64,000 bases of DNA from Enoplolaimus lenunculus (Eukaryota): assembly GCA_030248215.1 (NCBI GenBank), contig JASANG010003582.1:372001-436000 (forward strand). The letters are read 5' to 3'. Both the position numbers and the translations under genes were made by a program. Positions 58,155 to 64,000 of the stretch are shown here, one piece after another (position 1 is the first letter of the stretch; each line of letters opens with the position of its first letter). The notes under the pieces are model-generated. The model was not told the DNA's origin. It saw only the letters and a program-made list of their open reading frames with translations, and did not search any database.

Positions 58155-60923
58155 CAAACTTCTATACTTCAATATCCGTTTTCCGTTTGCGTTTCCATTT
58201 CCGTTATTTTGCGCACTATCCGTTTCCGTTTCAGTTTCCGTTATTTTTATTATCCGTTTCCACCCTGATTGCAGCATATTTGTAATGAAAAATTGCGAAA
58301 TATATACGTGGCTTAACTAATTTTAAACGTAGAAATAACACAATTTCCGTTATTTCTACAACAGAAACGAAACCGGAAACCCACATACATTTTTACTGAT
58401 TAACTCATTGCAGTTTGCAGCGCGTATCGTTCGCTTATAAATTTGGCTTTCCAGTCATCTGGTGCTGAGAAATAAATGTTTCTGGTCACGCCGCCTGAAA
58501 GAAAACGTTGCCTACGGACGGTAACCAAATCTATTGACGGTTTGTTTCATCATCAGTAGACTGAAATAAGGCGGGGGGCCCTGGCGATGATCAAATTATT
58601 TTTCAAATTTATGTTTAAAATCTGGTTAGGCTGCGGTCATCTCTTTCGAGTGAGTGCCATCTCAAAAATTGGTGGTATGTGGTCCCTGCTCCAGCCCTGG
58701 GTCTCTGCCGTAAAACGAAACAATGAACTATGCGCAACTATCATCGCTGCACGTCCGTAGCCAGCTCACCTTGCTAGGACGGAGCTAAAATGTTTCAGAA
58801 GGGGCATTTAAATGTTGTCAATGACTTTACAAGCTAGGTTAAAAATCTTCTAAGGCGTCGAAATTTTTCCAGGTGGGGCTGAGCCCTCCTGCTTCCTCCT
58901 TGGCTACGGGCCCACATAGCTGCTACATTTATGTTTGTTTCCTCTTAGCTCACAACCTAAAAACGTGCCTCACTATACTGTGACGCTGCCAATGATTATA
59001 CTGCTATGTTGATAGCTGTATGTAGGTTTAGTGAAACATGTGAATCTATACACCACTATACAGCAACACGGCAGCCTCAATTAAAAGGGCGCCGGGTCCA
59101 AGCAACCCATCACGGATCAAAACCAAACTTTTGATTTAGTATTCAAATTGACGTTGGATTCTCGCTCAGGTGGTTTTTCTGGAACACAGCCTTCGCATCA
59201 TCACAAATTGTTCGCTTCGCAACTGCCTACACATCATATACTTTATAGCTTTTACTGTAGGCAGAGAGCGAGAGACTACAACCCGCCTGCTGAATATTAT
59301 TTTACTTTATGATTTTAAGCTTTTTTTATTAGCTTTCAAGATGTTTGTCATAAAGCGATTTGTGCTTATCTCGTTTAAATGTTTAGTTGTTGTATGATAA
59401 CTTGCAGTAAATGTTTGGACGGCAGTGACCCGAATATGAGGAGGAGGGACTGATATTTATTTGGCCTCCCAGAGGGAACCCCCCTTGTTATTTGCAGACT
59501 GTTTTTATTTTTAACCCACGCTCCGCCGTTTTTCGTTACTGATATATATCTGTTGCTGCAATTATCCGTTGAATTACACGTTTATTTGTCTTGTGCCAAT
59601 AGCTTGACGCTTTAAGGTTTCGAACTCAAATTATTTGGTCCTGGAGTCATTTATACGCTACAATTAGGGTTCATTGACATTTATGGACTCTAATTAGGGT
59701 TTAGGGACCCTATACGCTTACGGACTCTTATTAGGGATACGGACTCCAATTGATTCGAACTGAAAATGGGGACCCCCTCTTATTACCCCCTTATATTCAG
59801 GTCAATACAGTACTGTATATCGCGCCAATGTTTGGGTTTTTGTAAGCATTTTTGCGTTGCACTGCATTTTGATATGTGTGTAGGCGTATTATTTCAGTGG
59901 CTGGTGCATTCAGAAATTTCTGATTGGCTGCTTGCAATATAGTGCAAAAACTTCGCAAAAGAAGCGAGCGAGACAGCAAACAGTTTTAGTATTTATGCTA
60001 AGTTACGGTCTTTTGTCGTGTTAAGGGGATCACATGGTCTCCCCGCTTCTGTCTGGCATCCGCCAATGTCTTCATTTCACGAGACGGCAAGTCGTTATGT
60101 TTTAAAGTAGTCAATTTTCATAGTGTTTGCGTTGCCGCTAAAATACAAAACGTTCAGGTCCGTAGCCAAGCGGGGGGCCACGGGAGGACCTTGGAAAAAT
60201 GTTGGCACCCTAGAAAATTTTCAACCTTGCTTGTAAGTCATTGGAAACCCTTGAATGCCACTCCTGAAAGAGTTTTAGCCACCCCTAGCAAGGTGAGCTG
60301 GTTATTTGCCTGCAAACGTTATTTATGTTTTGATAAAAACTTTGGCGCTATCTGAGATTTCAAGCAAGTGGTTTTAGTAGCTTAATATTACATTGAATAT
60401 TTTGGGATGTTGCAATTTTGGGGCTAAATTTTGAAGCAGCGCCCTTAACCGTGTTGAGTTCAGCCAGTTTTCGTTCTGTGAAAACAACTTCGATGCTCAC
60501 AGATTAATCGTATGTGTAGAACGAATCTACGACATTTCATTGCCCGACAACTTGTCACCTAACATTATACAGCCTGCTAATAGGTCTATTGTGAGCACAC
60601 TAAGCGTAATTGAAATTTTAAGCCTAAGCTAAAGCATAATTATGGACGACGAATTGTCGAATCGATGAAATTTCGGATTGCAAATTGTCGGTCGACGAGT
60701 GGTCCCCAGGCAACGAAGTGTCATGGTACCGTCTACAAACCCTGAACGCCTATTCAAGTTGACGTCTGGGACGTTTCATAGTTTGTTAATGAAACAGTCA
60801 AACGTCCAACAAGCAATCGAATCAATTTGCAATACAGCAGTTGTTTGGGTTGCTTTGAACAACAATTGGCGCTTCGGTTGGCAACATCCCAGTTGCGAAT
60901 CGGGACAAATAACTGTTTGGGCC

Positions 60924-61083
60924 CAGGCGCGTAGCCAGCTCACCATGCTTGGGGGAACTAAAATTATTTAGGAGGGGCAGTTTATGGGTTTTTAGTGACT
61001 TGCAAGCAAGGTTGAAAATTTTCCCAAAATTTTTCCAGGGTGGGGGGCTGAACCCCTCTGGCCCCCCTTTGGCTACGGGCACG
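60924..61083. mobile_element. hAT-like MITE, family CAGGCCCGTAGCC
   Basis: CAGGCGCGTAGCCA...TGGCTACGGGCACG; exact TSD TTTGGGCC. Confidence 0.85.
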
Positions 61084-61454
61084 TTTGGGCCACGATGGAT
61101 GTATGTAGTACACTTGCGTTCAGTTTCAAATACGGTCGCGATACAAATTACAATATGTTTATCAGCAGCAGTTTGAATTCGTTTTAACTGAATGTCGATT
61201 CACGAATATATCAATGTGTACTATCATCGACAACTTTTGTTTTTCTAGTTATTAATGTGTAAGGAATTTAGGCAGGGAATTCCCACGGATGCGTAGAAAA
61301 TTTTTGCCCGCCCCCCCTTTTAGAAAATTTTCAACCTTGTTTATAAGTCACCGAAAACACTTGTATGCCCCTCCTGATAAATTTTTAGCTCCCCCTAACA
61401 AGGTGAGCTGGCTACGAACCTGGATTTTCAGAACAATCTCTGGGTCTTTTCGGT

Positions 61455-62032
61455 TATCTCCCCCCGCTCGCGTTTGCCCAAAAGTGGTCACATTTTGAAA
61501 GCTTTTGCATATTTGAGCTTCTCCACACCCCAATTTCAATTTTTGAAAAATTCGATTTTTTAAGCTCCCAAGCCCACCCCCTGGGACTCAAAAATTTTTT
61601 TGTCCAAAAGTTTAACAAATTATGCATTATTTGATGCAGCTTGAGGAGCTGAGGCCAACAGTATGAAATTTTTTCAATAAGAATATTGGTTAACGAATTA
61701 TGGTCCAATAACTGCTTTGGCGTCGACCCAAATCGTTGGCAGCGCACCCAATCGGTTATTTAACAATAACTCGTTAACCAGTCATCTGATTACAAAAAAT
61801 TTAACACCATTGGACTCAGTTCTGTAAGCTGCATCGAATGATATATAATTTGTCAAACTTTTGACAATTTTTTCGGTCCCTCAATGGGGGGACCTCGGGA
61901 TCTTTAAAAAATCGAATTTTTCAAAAATACAAATTTGGTCATGGAATTATCAGGGGAGGCCAGGAGAAGCTTCAATATGCAAAAAAATTTTCAAAATCCT
62001 ACCACTTTTGGGCAAATGCGGACTTGGGGGAT
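61455..62032. repeat. Large diverged inverted repeat (foldback element, ~280-bp arms)
   Basis: TTTGCCCAAAAGTGGT / ACCACTTTTGGGCAAA and TTTTTGAAAAATTCGATTTTTTAA / TTAAAAAATCGAATTTTTCAAAAA are symmetric about ~61735. Confidence 0.7.
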
Positions 62033-64000
62033 ACTGGAAAGACCACAATCTCCCACTTGACCTGCACAAGATAATTTCATGTAATTCTGATTCCTATTGA
62101 TAAGGACATCTACCTTACATCTTACATTATAAATGGTTTTCATCGTTTTAGCAAAACAGCTTCTCTGAAAATCAAAATTTGGTTCGCCTAGCAAGGTGAG
62201 CTGGCTATGGGCTGTTGCGTATTAAAAAGCCACAAACCACTTCGATTGCAACCGATTTCTTTCGAATCCCTAACTAAACCATTCTATTGTCATCTGTGCT
62301 GTTTGTGTAACTCTTCCCATAAATATATTTTCTTACATTTTCAGACTGCGATATACCACCATGTTTTTAGAGCAAGCAGGCGCGGTATTCAACTAAAACG
62401 CGTAAATTTACGACGATATTACTTAAAAAAGCAAGCGTTGTTTTAACACCAACCCCGCCTTATAAAGTCTTTTGTGTTGCTTCAACATTGCATTTTTGCA
62501 CTATATTTCACTATATGCCACATGTATTTGTGTTGTCGCTAGCACTGTCTTATTGAACGGGGCATTGAGCTTTTGGGTTCCCCAACAGAGATTAAAACTA
62601 TTAAGTATTTATTGCTAAAATTACTGGTTTGATTTCGACGTCGGTTCACTCGCGAGGTCTTTTCCAACCATTATATATGACGCAGTTTGTCCTGTTGGAA
62701 ACGTTTGGATCCGTCACTGTGGTATAAACGTGGCGTAGTCACGAATTTGAATCCGAGCGGGTCGTAACTGAAAACAACGACGAAAATATTGCGTCTTAGA
62801 CGAAGAATTGGTAAATTGTAACCGACAGGTTTAATGAACCCGTGTCCTTACGCTACAGAAACGACACTGAAACGAAACCGGACTGGGGTGTGACCGTCAT
62901 AACCCCACTATTTCTGAATGAGTACACCTGTGTACTCTAGTAAAATACAACAACAAACTCTCACTGCGGTTGACTGCAGCGTGCAATACGAGAATTTTTA
63001 CGTGCAACAAAATTGCATTTTTAACACAAATATACAGTACTGTTTGCAAATATATTAAAGGGACGCATTTTTAAACAGTATACTTTAGATGATTTTTTTT
63101 CGGCATATACAGCAAGTGGCGTAACGAGAAAACTAGGAATTTGAGGGCTCCGGCACAGGAAAATGGTCAAATATACGCTTTTAAGATAGAATGGAAACAT
63201 CGGTAACGATTACTTGTAATGACAGTACGTCTATTTGACAAGAAACAGTATTGCGTTTGGCGTCCGGCCTCAACGAACCCTTTGAGTTAACACACGGCTG
63301 TTACGGAATGTTACGTAAATGTTATACTACTACTCTTATGTTGTTTTGTTCGTCGTGTACTTTTTTGTGTAGTCAAACTCGACAAAGTTTCAGTTGAAAA
63401 TTGTGATAAAGATGTTTAACACACTGCAACACCCATTTTTCTAGCTTTTAATTGATTGTTTTATTTAGCATGCTGGTAGTCTTTAAGTAACCATTAGCGA
63501 ATTTCAGATGCGAGGTACGCACCCTGTCAGAAATTTTTTTGTGATAAAATTGTACTATCATTCCACTGGCGCGTAGCAAAGGTGGGGGGCAGGGGGCTCA
63601 GCTTCCCTGGAAAAATTTTGGCCCCCGCTGGAAAATTTTCAATCTTGCTTGTAACTCAAACAAAACTCTTATATGCCCCTCCTGAAATTTTTTTAGCCTC
63701 CCCCAGCAACGTGAGCTGGCTACGGGCCTGTCCGACCATACCTTGGAATTTTGCCATCTCAGAAAATTGGCACATATATAGCATACAGTAAAAATTGCGT
63801 TTCATAATCTTTGCCAGCCCGCTGCCCGTCAGAAGTGTTTGGACCCGCCGCTGCACGTACCCCGTGATGAAATGGTTGTTTTGGCTGTATATTTTTTGCT
63901 TTAAAAATTAAGTCTGGCCAATAGGTCGAGGAAGTCAGGCAACAAAATGTGGAACCGCCTAGAAATTATGACGCGGTGAAAGTCAGAACGTAAAATGTGG

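Noticed and set aside
58525..58565. Hammerhead-like CTGATGA-T-GAAAC...GTC on the minus strand
   Set aside because: Stem II is absent and stem I is out of register.
60730..61105. Possible plus-strand exon interrupted by a MITE (..WRFGWQHPSCESGQITVWA|TMD|GTATGT)
   Set aside because: No recognisable domain, no acceptor and no partner exons.

Overview
AT-rich invertebrate (metazoan) genomic DNA. The lower half holds one large minus-strand gene, an Eph-family receptor tyrosine kinase. I rebuilt 12 GT-AG exons with consistent phases (32145 down to 576, 846 codons): signal peptide, ephrin-binding domain, sushi/EGF cysteine-rich region, two FN3 domains, TM, juxtamembrane tyrosines and the kinase N-lobe. 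The gene continues past the left edge. The receptor is atypical: all three glycines of the kinase Gly-rich loop are gone (FIDKFT), VAIK reads VRIK, and the ligand-pocket Arg of FTxRDC is Ser. Its start/signal-peptide segment is triplicated, which creates signal-peptide-like uORFs. The 12-kb intron seems to hold a decayed antisense gene with a CCP/sushi-like exon. Introns and the ~31 kb upstream are packed with non-autonomous DNA transposons: Merlin-like GG-ended MITEs with 8-bp TSDs and TTAGGC arrays, hAT-like, CMC/CACTA-like, Tc1/pogo-like and Helitrons, plus mini/microsatellites. A ~0.9-kb plus-strand segment (53690-54600) is densely base-paired and has an isolated (GCCTAA)2 inside a long-range helix. 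It could be a telomerase-RNA-like ncRNA or a retroelement UTR; this is unproven. All alignments and folds were done by eye.
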